DNA of 64,000 nucleotides from Eledone cirrhosa (lineage: Eukaryota), in the NCBI GenBank assembly GCA_964016885.1, contig OZ024763.1, positions 24,180,001 through 24,244,000 of the forward strand, given 5' to 3'. The position numbers were made by a program, and so were the translations under genes. Below are positions 30,001 through 41,217 of the stretch, piece by piece. Positions within the stretch are counted from its first letter, which is position 1. The number at the start of each line of letters is the position of its first letter. The notes below the pieces were generated by a model that saw only the letters and a list, made by a program, of their open reading frames with translations, was not told where the DNA came from and searched no databases.

Positions 30001-33000
30001 CTCTCTCCCCCTCTCTCTATATTATATAGTCTTTCTCTTCCGAACAACTCTCTCCCACTCTCTCAATATTATATAGTCTTTCTCTTCCGATCAACACTGT
30101 CCCACTCTCTCTATATTATATAGTCTTTCTCTTCCGATCAACACTGTCCTACTCTCTCTATATTATATAGTCTTTCTCTTCCGATCAACACTGTCCCACT
30201 CACTCTATATTATATAGTCTTTCTCTTCCGATCAACACTGTCCCACTCTCTCTATATTATATAGTCTTTCTATTCCGATCAACACCCTCCCTCTCTCTAT
30301 ATATTTTATAGTCTTTCTCTTCCGATCAACACTCTCCATCTCTCTATATATTATATAGTCTTTCTCTTCCGATCAACACTCTCCCTCTCTCTCTATATTA
30401 TATAGTCTTTCTCTTCCGATTAACTCTATCCCTCTCTCTATATATTATATAGTCTTTCTCTTCCGATCAACACTCTCCCACTCTCTCTATATATTATATA
30501 GTCTTTCTCTTCGAATCAACTCTCTCCCCCTCTCTCTATACTATATAGTCTTTCTCTTCCGATCAACTCTCTCCCTCTCTCTCTATATTATATAGTCTTT
30601 CTCTTTCGATCAACTCTCTCCCCCTCTCTATATATTATATAGTCTTTCTCTTCCGAACAACTCACTCCCCCTCTCTATATATTATATAGTCTTTCTCTTC
30701 CGATCAACACTCTCCCTCTCTCTATATATTATATAGTCTTTCTCTTCCGATCAACACTCTCCCTGTCTCTATATATATTATATAGTCTTTCTCTTCCGAT
30801 CAACACTCTCCCTCTCTCTATATATTATATAGTCTTTCTCTTCCGATCAACATTCTCCCTCTCTCTCTATATTATAGTCTTTCTCTTCCGATCAACTCTC
30901 TCCCCCTCTCTCTATATTATATAGTCTTTCTCTTCCGATCAACTCTCTCTCTCTATATATATATTATATAGTCTTTCTCTTCCGATCAACACTCTCCCAC
31001 TCTCTCTATATATTATATAGTCTTTCTCTTCCGATCAACTCTCTCCCCCTCTCTCTATATTATATAGTGTTTCTCTTCCGATCAACTCTCTCCCCCTCTC
31101 TATATATTATATAGTCTTTCTCTTCCGATCAACACTCTCCCCCTCTCTCTATATTATACAGTCTTTCTCTTCCGATCAACACTATCCCTCACTCTCTATA
31201 TTATATAGTCTTTCTCTTCCGAACAACACTCTCCCCCTCTCTCTATATTATATAGTCTTTCTCTTCCGATCAACACTCTCCCCCTCTCTCTATATTATAC
31301 AGTCTTTCTCTTCCGATCAACACTCTCCCCCTCTCTCTATATTATATAGTCTTTCTCTTCCGATCAACACTCTCCCCCTCTCTCTATATTATACAGTCTT
31401 TCTCTTCCGATCAACACTATCCCTCACTCTCTATATTATATAGTCTTTCTCTTCCGATCAACACTCTCCCCCTCTCTCTATATTATATAGTCTTTCTCTT
31501 CCGATCAACACTCTCCCCCTCTCTCTATATTATACAGTCTTTCTCTTCCGATCAACACTCTCCCCCTCTCTCTATATTATATAGTCTTTCTCTTCCGATC
31601 AACACTCTCCCCCTCTCTCTATATTATACAGTCTTTCTCTTCCGATCAACACTATCCCTCACTCTCTATATTATATAGTCTTTTTCTTCTGATCAACACT
31701 CTCCCCCTCTCTCTATATTATATAGTCTTTCTCTTCCGATCAACACTCTCCCCCTCTCTCTATATTATACAGTCTTTCTCTTCCGATCAACACTCTCCCC
31801 CTCTCTCTATATTATATAGTCTTTCTCTTCCGATCAACTCTCCCCCCCTCTCTATATATTATATAGTCTTTCTCTTCCGATCAACACTCTCCCCCTCTCT
31901 CTATATTATACAGTCTTTCTCTTCCGATCAACACTCTCCCCCTCTCTCTATATTATATAGTCTTTCTCTTCCGATCAACACTATCCCTCACTCTCTTTAT
32001 TATATAGTCTTTCTCTTCCGATCAACACTCTCCCCCTCTCTCTATATTATATAGTCTTTCTCTTCCGATCAACACTCTCCCACTCTCTCTATATTATATA
32101 GTCTTTCTCTTCCGATCAACTCTCTCCCCCTCTCTCTATATTATATAGTCTTTCTCTTCCGATCAACACTCTCCCACTCTCTCTATATTATATAGTCTTT
32201 CTCTTCCGATCAACTAACTCCCGCTCTCTCTATATTATATAGTCTTTCTCTTCCGATCAACTCATCCCCCTCTCTCTATATTATATAGTCTTTCTCTTCC
32301 GATCAACTAACTCCCCCTCTCTATATATTATATAGTCTTTCTCTTCCGATCAACTAACTCCCGCTCTCTCTATATTATATAGTCTTTCTCTTCCGATCAT
32401 CTAACTCCCCCTCTTTCTATATTATATAGTCTTTCTCTTCCGATCAACACTATCCCCCTCTCTATATATTATATAGTCTTTCTCTTCCGATCAACTCTCT
32501 TCCCCTCTCTATATATTATATAGTCTTTCTCTTCCGATCAACACTCTCCCTATATATTATATAGTCTTTCTCTTCCGATCAACTAACTCCCCCTCTCTAT
32601 ATATTATATAGTCTTTCTCCTCCGATCAACTCACTCCCCCTCTCTATATATTATATAGTCTTTCTCCTCCGATCAACTCACTCCCCCTCTCTATATATTA
32701 TATAGTCTTTCTCTTCCGATCAACTCATCCCCCTCTCTCTATATTATATAGTCTTTCTCTTCCGATCAACTAACTCCCCCTCTCTATATATTATATAGTC
32801 TTTCTCTTCCGATCAACTAACTCCCCCTCTCTCTATATTATATAGTCTTTCTCTTCCGATCAACTAACTCCCCCTCTCTATATATTATATAGTCTTTCTC
32901 CTCCGATCAACTCACTCCCCCTCTCTATATATTATATAGTCTTTCTCTTCCGATTAACTCTCTCCCCCTCTCTCTATATTATATAGTCTTTCTCTTCCGA

Positions 33001-34973
33001 TCAACACTCTCCCTCTCTCTATATATTATATAGTCTTTCTCTTCCTATCAACACTTCCCCTCTCTCTATATATTATATAGTCTTTCTCTTCCGATCAACT
33101 AACTCCCCCTCTCTCTATATTTTATAGTCTTTCTCTTCCGAACAACTCACTACCCCTCTCTATATATTATATAGTCTTTCTCTTCCGATCAACTCTCTCC
33201 CCCTCTCTATATATTATATAGTCTTTCTCTTCCGATCAACTCTCTCCCCCTCTCTCTATATTATAAAGTATTTCTCTTCCGATCAACTAACTCCCCCTCT
33301 CTATATATTATATAGTCTTTCTCTTCCGATCAACACTCTCCCACTCTCTCTATATATTATATAGTCTTTCTCTTCCGATCAACTCTCTCCCCCTCTCTCT
33401 ATATTATATAGTCTTTCTCTTCCGATCAACTCTCTCCTTCTCTCTATATATTATATAGTCTTTCTCTTCCGATCAACACTCTCCCTCTCTATATATATAT
33501 TATATAGTCTTTCTCTTCCGATCAACACTCTCCCTCTCTCTATATATTATATAGTCTTTCTCTTCCGATCAACACTCTCCCTCTCTCTCTCTCTATTATA
33601 GTCTTTCTCTTCCGATCAACTCTCTCCCCCTCTCTCTATATTATATAGTCTTTCTCTTCCGAACAACACTCTCCCACTCTCTCTATATATTATATAGTCT
33701 TTCTCTTCCGATCAACTCTCTCCCCCTCTCTCTATATTATATAGTGTTTCTCTTCCGATCAACTCTCTCCCCCTCTCTATATATTATATAGTCTTTCTCT
33801 TCCGATCAACACTCTCCCCCTCTCTCTATATTATACAGTCTTTCTCTTCCGATCAACACTATCCCTCACTCTCTATATTATATAGTCTTTCTCTTCCGAA
33901 CAACACTCTCCCCCTCTCTCTATATTATATAGTCTTTCTCTTCCGATCAACACTCTCCCCCTCTCTCTATATTATACAGTCTTTCTCTTCCGATCAACAC
34001 TCTCCCCCTCTCTCTATATTATATAGTCTTTCTCTTCCGATCAACACTCTCCCCCTCTCTCTATATTATACAGTCTTTCTCTTCCGATCAACACTATCCC
34101 TCACTCTCTATATTATATAGTCTTTCTCTTCCGATCAACACTCTCCCCCTCTCTCTATATTATATAGTCTTTCTCTTCCGATCAACACTCTCCCCCTCTC
34201 TCTATATTATACAGTCTTTCTCTTCCGATCAACACTCTCCCCCTCTCTCTATATTATATAGTCTTTCTCTTCCGATCAACACTCTCCCCCTCTCTCTATA
34301 TTATACAGTCTTTCTCTTCCGATCAACACTATCCCTCACTCTCTATATTATATAGTCTTTTTCTTCTGATCAACACTCTCCCCCTCTCTCTATATTATAT
34401 AGTCTTTCTCTTCCGATCAACACTCTCCCCCTCTCTCTATATTATACAGTCTTTCTCTTCCGATCAACACTCTCCCCCTCTCTCTATATTATATAGTCTT
34501 TCTCTTCCGATCAACTCTCTCCCCCTCTCTATATATTATATAGTCTTTCTCTTCCGATCAACACTCTCCCCCTCTCTCTATATTATACAGTCTTTCTCTT
34601 CCGATCAACACTCTCCCCCTCTCTCTATATTATATAGTCTTTCTCTTCCGATCAACTCTCTCCCCCTCTCTATATATTATATAGTCTTTCTCTTCCGATC
34701 AACACTCTCCCCCTCTCTCTATATTATACAGTCTTTCTCTTCCGATCAACACTCTCCCACTCTCTCTATATTATATAGTCTTTCTCTTCCGATCAACACT
34801 GTCCTACTCACTCTATATTATATAGTCTTTCTCTTCCGATCAACACTGTCCTACTCACTCTATATTATATAGTCTTTCTCTTCCGATCAACACTGTCCCA
34901 CTCTCTCTATATTATATAGTCTTTCTCTTCCGATCAACACTGTCCCACTCTCTCTATATTATATAGTCTTTCT
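1..34973. repeat. 47-bp satellite DNA array (roughly 740 monomers), open at the window start
   Basis: Monomer is approximately AGTCTTTCTCTTCCGATCAACACTCTCCCCCTCTCTCTATATTATAT. CTTTCTCTTCCGA recurs at 1 and 48. About 27 nt are constant and about 20 nt are a variable C/T tract. Confidence 0.98.
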
Positions 34974-35149
34974 GTAATATCTTGCCAAAGTTGGCACCAA
35001 CTATAAAGAAATTAAGGCCGGGTCATAAGAAGGACAGAGAATGATAAGGGATTTGGGTAAAAACATCTAAACGATGATGATGACACAAACACATATATAT
35101 ATATACAAACACACATATATATATATACATACAGACACATATATATACA

Positions 35150-35256
35150 CACGTTGCTCCTTCTATCTGGAGTTGCGACCGATAGATAGTATTAGCAACT
35201 GGAAAGACCGACGAAAACATTGTTTCCTCGGTTCGATTTGACGAAAGTCGATCGAT
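35150..35256 (+). mobile_element. 5'-truncated SINE 3' part (same family as 39764 and 50480)
   Basis: CACGTTGCTCCTTCTA.CTGGAGTTGCGACCGATA...GACGAAAGTCGATCGAT matches both full copies. Confidence 0.85.
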
Positions 35257-35457
35257 AAAAAATAAAAAAAAGAAAAAAAATACACACCCATACATATATA
35301 TATAAGAGAAAATAATCACACACGCAATACTAATTAACACCATATCACTATAAAGACCTGTTGTAAAAAACAAACAGTGTATCGTAAATTTCATTGTAAA
35401 AATAACAAAAACAAACACATTTACTTCTCAGAAAAGTGACTTCATGTCGAAAGCAAC

Positions 35458-35490
35458 CAACTCACTCCCCCTCTCTCTATATTATATAGT
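35458..35490 (+). repeat. detached partial monomer of the 47-bp satellite
   Basis: CAACTCACTCCCCCTCTCTCTATATTATATAGT, about 485 bp beyond the array end. Confidence 0.85.
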
Positions 35491-35559
35491 TATTTGAGAA
35501 ACCGATACGACTATGAAAAACTTACAGTGATTTTTGTGTTGGTCAACTTCAAGTCGTGT

Positions 35560-35945
35560 ACCATTTGTAGCTGTTGTTGTACTTGTTGCTGTTGCTGCAG
35601 TTGTTGTTGTTGGTGGTGTTGTTATATCCTTAACGTTGTTATTACTGTGGATGCTGTTGTTGTTGTTATTGGTGGTGTTGTTATTACTGTTGATGCTGTT
35701 GTTGTTGGTGGTGGTGGTGGTGGTGGTGTTATTACTGTTGATGCTGTTGTTGACGTTGTATTTGCTGCTGCTGCTGCTGTTGTTGTTGTTATTGTTGTTG
35801 TTGTAGCTGTTGTCGTTGCTGTTGTTGTTATTGGTGTTGTTGTTATTGGTGTTGTTGTTGTTATTGTTGTTGTTGTTATTGATGTTATTGATGTTGTTGT
35901 TATTGGTGTTGTTATTGTTGTTGTTGCTGTTATGGATGTTATTGT
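35560..35945. repeat. degenerate (GTT/GCT/GGT)n microsatellite
   Basis: Trinucleotide runs; source of the poly-N, poly-V and poly-L ORFs. Confidence 0.9.
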
Positions 35946-36552
35946 AATAACTCAATAGAAAGTTTCATATAAAATATGCGGTGCCCCAGCATGGCCTCAG
36001 CCGGATGGCTGAAACAGGTAAAAGAGTAAAAGAGTATATATATATATATATATATATATAGTATTACTTAATTAGAAAGTGAGCAACACAATATATAACT
36101 ATTCCATTACCAAAGGTTTCAGGACCTTAAACAATATTAACATACGTCTAGATCGTCCATCCGACAGAGAGGTTATGAAATGCAAATACTTAACGTATAG
36201 TAGTAGTAGTAGTAGTAGTAGTAATGGTAGGAGTAACGGTCGTAGTAGTAGAAGCAGCAGTAAATAGTTATAGGTAGATGGTGGTAACAGGAGTGTTGTA
36301 GTAATAGTTACCACCACCACCACCACCACCACCCACTACTACTACAACTACTACAAGCAGTAGTAGTATTAGTAGTAATAGTTTATAATATAGTCACCAG
36401 AGCACAACACGCCGCGCCGCTCGCAAAGCTGACACCCTCACCAATCAAGTCTATCCACTCCACTACCACTTCTACCACCATACAACGACAGAGAGTTTTT
36501 ATGAATCAGTTTCTCGTCGTAATATTCAAGTCGTTTCAGTGAGAAGTGAGTA

Positions 36553-36652
36553 ACATCATCGATAACTACTGAGCTGCAGGTTTTATATCGGAGTTATCCC
36601 ACTTTCCTGAGTTGCCTTCTCCTAAAAGAATGCCCTGACAAAGGCTAGGGAT
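36553..36652. repeat. dispersed ~100-bp repeat, second copy at 37451-37550
   Basis: AACATCATCG.TAACTACTGAGCTGCAGG...GAATGCCCTGACAAA.GCTAGGGAT is near-identical at both sites. Confidence 0.85.
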
Positions 36653-36729
36653 CCTTCACTCCCAGTGGTTTAACCGCGCGATCGGGTATCCAGCCCGATT
36701 ATGTCTATGTCCCCGTGCATATACATACA

Positions 36730-37117
36730 CATGGCTTAGTGGTTAGAGCATTGGCCTTGCAATCGAAAGTTTGTGAGTTCAATTCTCAGACCGGGTGATG
36801 AGCTGTTTCCTTGAGCAAGACACTTTATTTCACATTGCTCCAGTTTATTCAGCTGTAGAAATGAGATGATAGGGACTGGGGTCAATATCATTCCACTGCA
36901 AAGTGGTCGTGGAGGGGCCATGGCAAAAAAGCAGCCAGCCCACACTGTAAAGTGGTCGTGTAGGAGCCACGGTAAAAAAGCACCCAGCACTCACTGTAAA
37001 TGAGGTTGGTGTTAGGAAGGGCATCCAGCTGTAGAAATCAAGCCAGAATCAGTTGCCATCCCACCCTTGCAAGTAGGGACAAGTGGACGTAAAATGATGA
37101 TGATGATGATGATGATG
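36730..37117 (+). mobile_element. tRNA-derived CORE-type SINE with RTE-like 3' tail
   Basis: A box TGGCTTAGTGG, B box GAGTTCAATTC, CORE-like CCTTGAGCAAGACACTT, internal ~48-bp units, and tail GGACGTAAAA(TGA)n shared with the RTE fragments at 52800 and 62310. Confidence 0.85.
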
Positions 37118-37210
37118 CCCATATGCATATACATATACATGATGGATGCCTCGTTATCCAGTATGGCCATTGCACGATATACCATTATTAATAGTTATTA
37201 ATTAATTCCA

Positions 37211-37327
37211 TTCTGAGTTCCAATCCCGCCGAGGTTAACTTTGCCTTTCATCCTTACGGGGTCGATAAAATAAAGTACCAGTAATGTACTGGGTATTTGC
37301 TGGCCTTGTGCCAAAAGTAGAAACAAT
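37211..37327 (+). mobile_element. SINE fragment (second SINE family)
   Basis: TTCTGAGTTC.AATCCCGCCGAGGT..ACTTTGCCTTTCATCC...TGCTGGCCTTGTGCC. Other copies lie at 46826, 58044-58350 and 63770. Confidence 0.8.
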
Positions 37328-37595
37328 TAATTAATTACATCGTGCAATGCCTGTGCGTGAAGATATTTTTTTAAGTGGGGAAAGACTGTGCACTGAGCCA
37401 ATCCCACTCTCTGAGCGACAGTAGCTATAACCCGAAAAGAAGAAAAGATCAACATCATCGGTAACTACTGAGCTGCAGGTTTTATATCGGAGTTATCCCA
37501 GTTTCCTGAGTTGCCTTCTCCTAGAAGAATGCCCTGACAAAAGCTAGGGATACATATATATAAATACACACACACACACACACACATATATATAC

Positions 37596-37664
<69 letters not shown>

Positions 37665-37667
37665 TAT

Positions 37668-37924
37668 ATGTAGGAGGTGAGTTTTATTGTAGTACAATAA
37701 AGCAATGCAGATATCGGATAAGAAGCACTCTACAGTTTGTAGGACTGGAGTATACATAATATAAGATCAAAAGATGGTTAAAGGAGTTCCATGTATTTTT
37801 AGCCTTCATATCATGTTCTCCTGTTTTATCTGATGAAAACACAAATATTATTGCATGATGTTTGTTTTTGAAATGCGCATAATAAAATACATGGAACTCC
37901 TTTAACCATCTTTTGATCTTATAT

Positions 37925-37927
<3 letters not shown>
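37668..37927. mobile_element. hammerhead cassette type A with inverted 3' tail (Penelope-like/retrozyme-like non-autonomous element)
   Basis: 44-bp inverted arms at 37756-37799 and 37884-37927, (TA)n on both sides, homologous to 56692-56880 and 59595-60030. Confidence 0.75.
37824..37887 (+). ncRNA. minimal type-I hammerhead ribozyme (type A)
   Basis: TTTTAT-CTGATGA-stem II-GAAA-TGCGCA-TA^-ATAAAA. Stem I is closed and stem III is palindromic. Confidence 0.85.
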
Positions 37928-37992
<65 letters not shown>

Positions 37993-38050
37993 TACACATA
38001 CTGGAATTGAATAATCAAAACCGTAGCGGTATGTCACATATCAAATCTTA

Positions 38051-38113
38051 TATTTTGTCTGATGAAAACGTACTTAAACACCATTGTACCTTTGAAATAT
38101 GTATAATAAAATA
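38051..38113 (+). ncRNA. minimal type-I hammerhead ribozyme (type B)
   Basis: TATTTTGT-CTGATGA-AAACGTAC..GTACCTTT-GAAA-TATGTA-TA^-ATAAAATA. Confidence 0.8.
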
Positions 38114-38177
38114 TATATTTTGATTATGGGAATATTTTTCATTTATTAACATTTTGAATAATATATATATATATATA

Positions 38178-38984
38178 TATTACACAAAGAGAAGTGAGAT
38201 GTGTGTAAAGAATTATTACAAGTGAGTTTACCGTTACTGTATAGAGAACAATATCTACAGGTTTAGCAATTAAATAGAAAAACCTAAGTCAGAATCAAAT
38301 CTCTGGATTAGAGTTTTAAATTACCAACCTTATAACTCTATTTTGCTGATACGAATCTCGCTTCGTTTCAATTCTTCTTTGAGCTAATACTATTATTATT
38401 ATTACAGTGAACTGCGGAATACTCTTAATTCCGATCTTTGTATACTTAATGAGCTCCAAATTGTTGAGCTAATAAATTCGAATGGTTGGGCTGCCCTTTC
38501 TAGCGTCTTCCCTAATCCATGAGAGCCGTTATTTGATGCAAATAACACGTGATTCCGCCCTACTCTGGGCAGCGTGTGTATTAACTATCTCTCTATTCAT
38601 GAGGTTAGATGTGTGGTGTTCAGTGTTCGCATTTGCTGACTGAGGATCATGTGACCTGATATACTTCACATATAAGTGGTGAAGCGAAGCGAGATTCATA
38701 TCAGCAAAATATAGTTATACGGTTGGTAATTTAAAACTCTAATCCAGAGATTTGATTCTGGCTTAGGTTTTTTCTATTTAATTGCTAAACCTGTAGATAT
38801 TGTTCTCTATACAGTAACGGTAAACTCACTTGTAATAATTCTTTACACACATCTCACTGTGTAACACACTTCTCTTTGTGTAATATATATTTGCATTTGA
38901 GCTCAGAAGGAAATTCTCTATTCTTCTTTGAGCTAATACTATTATTATTACAGTGAACTGCGGAATACTCTTAATTCCGATCTT

Positions 38985-38990
<6 letters not shown>
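38178..38990. mobile_element. non-coding element with a ~190-bp inverted repeat plus a ~70-bp direct repeat, flanked by (TA)n
   Basis: 38178-38370 is the reverse complement of 38681-38888; 38371-38443 is repeated at 38920-38990. Confidence 0.7.
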
Positions 38991-39021
<31 letters not shown>

Positions 39022-39119
39022 AAAGAAAGAAATAGAAGGTGTATCGAACTAGCACATGGAAGACAGTTAAGTTTCACTTTGACAGTTTATTTGTTTATAT
39101 ATAATTTTGATCTGTCAAT

Positions 39120-39342
39120 AACCCAGGTTCTGCCGCACGTCGGACTGAGGAGGCCAAACTCTACAAGAACCGGTCGCTCTCCGACAGGTTTGCAGCTGTA
39201 CCCTTGGCAGTGGAGACTTCTGGTGTCCTCAGCCCTAGGGCTACCTCTCTACTTACCACCATAGGCGCTGAGCTGGCCAGCCGCAGGTGCGAGTCTCGCG
39301 AGTTGGAATGGTTTTTCAAGCGCATCTCGCTTGCCCTCCTCC
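39120..39342 (+). pseudogene. CRE-clade non-LTR retrotransposon, C-terminal part of the restriction-like endonuclease
   Basis: Manual translation: NPGSAARRTEEAKLYKNRSLSDRFAAVPLAVETSGVLSPRATSLLTTIGAELASRRCESRELEWFFKRISLAL. Confidence 0.75.
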
Positions 39343-39489
39343 ATTCTGTTCACGGGGAGGGGGGGGGGCACCAATATGATTGACTGACTTGTCATTTCAT
39401 CAGTCAACTGTTGTTGTTAACAAATTAACCTATCATGAATAGACTAAGTTTTAGTGAGCACAGGGTAGAAAAGATAAAAAAAATAATAA

Positions 39490-39712
39490 GTGTCACTTGT
39501 CACGTTGTTGAGTCCACTTGTCACACTGTTGTGTCCCGCTGTTAACTGCATGATGTTCTTTCCAAATCATCGAGCCGGTGGGGCTGGACCGAAGGGACAG
39601 CAAAAGGCCAGATGGCATGGCCATCTTCCAGTTCCGCGGTGGCAAACCCCTTCGTCTGGGATACCACTTGCAGCGACATTTTCTCCAGCTGCAACCTGGT
39701 GCAGTCTGCAAC
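39490..39712 (+). pseudogene. CRE-clade retrotransposon, RPD..WD core of the restriction-like endonuclease (frameshifted)
   Basis: Manual translation: EPVGLDRRDSKRPDGMAIFQFRGGKP/VWDTTCSDIFSSCNLVQSA. Confidence 0.75.
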
Positions 39713-39763
39713 TTATATTAGGTTAACGCTTGAAATAGCAATATATATATATATATAGTAATA

Positions 39764-39982
39764 GTGAAGGCGTGTGGCTGAGTGGTTAGAGAATTGGATT
39801 CGCAGTTTTGAGGTTGTAAGTTCGATTCCCGGACGGGGCGATACGTTATGTCTTTGAGCAAGACACTTTATTTCACGTTGCTCCTTCTACCTGGAGTTGC
39901 GACCGATATATAGTACTAGCAACTGGAAAGACCGACGGAAACATTGTTTCCTCGGTCCGATTTGACGAAAGTCGATCGATCC
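39764..39982 (+). mobile_element. tRNA/CORE SINE, full length, with target-site duplication
   Basis: A box TGGCTGAGTGG, B box GTTCGATTCC, CTTTGAGCAAGACACTT; ATATATAGTAATA flanks both ends. Confidence 0.88.
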
Positions 39983-40178
39983 TTAATATATAGTAATAAT
40001 AATAAATGTGAAGACTAAAATTCAAAGAGGGTTCGATAAGGATAAATATATATCAAATATATAAGAACCATATGTTATTTTAATATATATATATATGTGT
40101 GTGTGTGTATACATATTGAAAATATATTTGATGAAATAATGATACAGTTATTTAAATGAGATATAGTGTCGGGCTTAC

Positions 40179-40244
40179 CTCTACAGCAGTGGACAGCAGG
40201 GGATTGAGTACTTTTAATGTGTCCCCTAGATCAATGGAGTCTCC
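40179..40244 (-). CDS. 66-nt internal exon of an unidentified host gene (phase-0 reading GDSIDLGDTLKVLNPLLSTAVE)
   Basis: Minus strand: CTAAC branch point, long polypyrimidine tract, CAG|GGAGAC...GTAGAG|GTAAGC. Length is a multiple of 3 with an open frame. Confidence 0.7.
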
Positions 40245-40612
40245 CTGTTGGACAGTGAGGTGAGAGAGAAGGAGAGTGTGAATGAGAGAGAGAGAGAGGG
40301 AGAAAGAGAGTTAGATATAAATTAAGCGTAAGCAAATATTTTTTCTTTACCCTTTTCATATTAAACCGAGTTGAATCCCACCCCTTTGTGTAAGAACATT
40401 TGTTAAGTTATGTTCCAAACAACTCTGGTTCTATGATACAAAAATGTTTATTTTAAAATGTTTATATTTATCTAAAAAAAACCTTCCATCATAATTTTAT
40501 GTAAGAACCTTTGTTAAGTTACGTTCCAAGCACCAGTTTAATGATGAGAAAGTTATTTATGCTACTAATATTATTATTATTTTGTATGCTACTAATATTA
40601 TTATTATTTTTT

Positions 40613-40971
40613 GAGAGGGGAGTGCTCCCTTCCCAACAATTTGTTGAAAGATGGGTCAGAGAGGCAAGCATGGCCTGAGTTAATGGGCCTACTCTGAGTA
40701 TGTGCCTGTAGATTGAAGGTGGAAAACTGGGAGATGGAACTTGCCCTGGTGGTCAGGGTCACCGAGGCTTTTTGTGGCCTTTCTCCACGAGTGACCCTCG
40801 GAAGTCTCCCCCTATTGGGGATTTTCTTTTGTTTCATTTTTTTTTTGTTACTTCCTTTGTTATTGTTTTTTTTTCTTTACACACAGAAATGCTCATTTGC
40901 ACCGTCCTGTACCGTCATATTCTTAATGTTATACTTTATGTCAACCCTTGTGGTTAATAAAGAGAGCATTA

Positions 40972-41003
<32 letters not shown>
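40613..41003 (+). mobile_element. 5'-truncated 3' end of the L1/Tx1-type LINE
   Basis: Homologous to 46463-46820, including AATAAA and the (ATT)n tail. Confidence 0.92.
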
Positions 41004-41217
41004 GGCGACCTACGTAGTAAATCGTATCATCGTGAGCTCCGTAAAGGTTTGTTATTTTCAGTTGTTTAAAATTGCCATTTATGGAAAATTTTTATTGTTA
41101 ACTGTATATAAATGCACATACATTGTTATCTGAAAAGGACACCCAAAAATATTGGGGCCTTGAGCCCAAAATTTAAACTTTTATAATTATCAAACAAACA
41201 TTTTTCTTTGATAAATC

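Noticed and set aside
1-34973. CRISPR-like constant/variable alternation in the 47-bp array
   Set aside because: The variable parts are point variants of one C/T tract, not unique spacers; there are no cas genes and the context is eukaryotic.
35023-36332. ORFs rich in N/V/L/S
   Set aside because: Translations of trinucleotide and dinucleotide microsatellites.
36400-36450. CpG-rich patch with CCAAT as a promoter
   Set aside because: Too short, with no linked exon or start evidence.
39764-39840. tRNA gene
   Set aside because: A/B boxes are present but run into the CORE-like body; these are SINE heads (also 36730, 50480, 52778).
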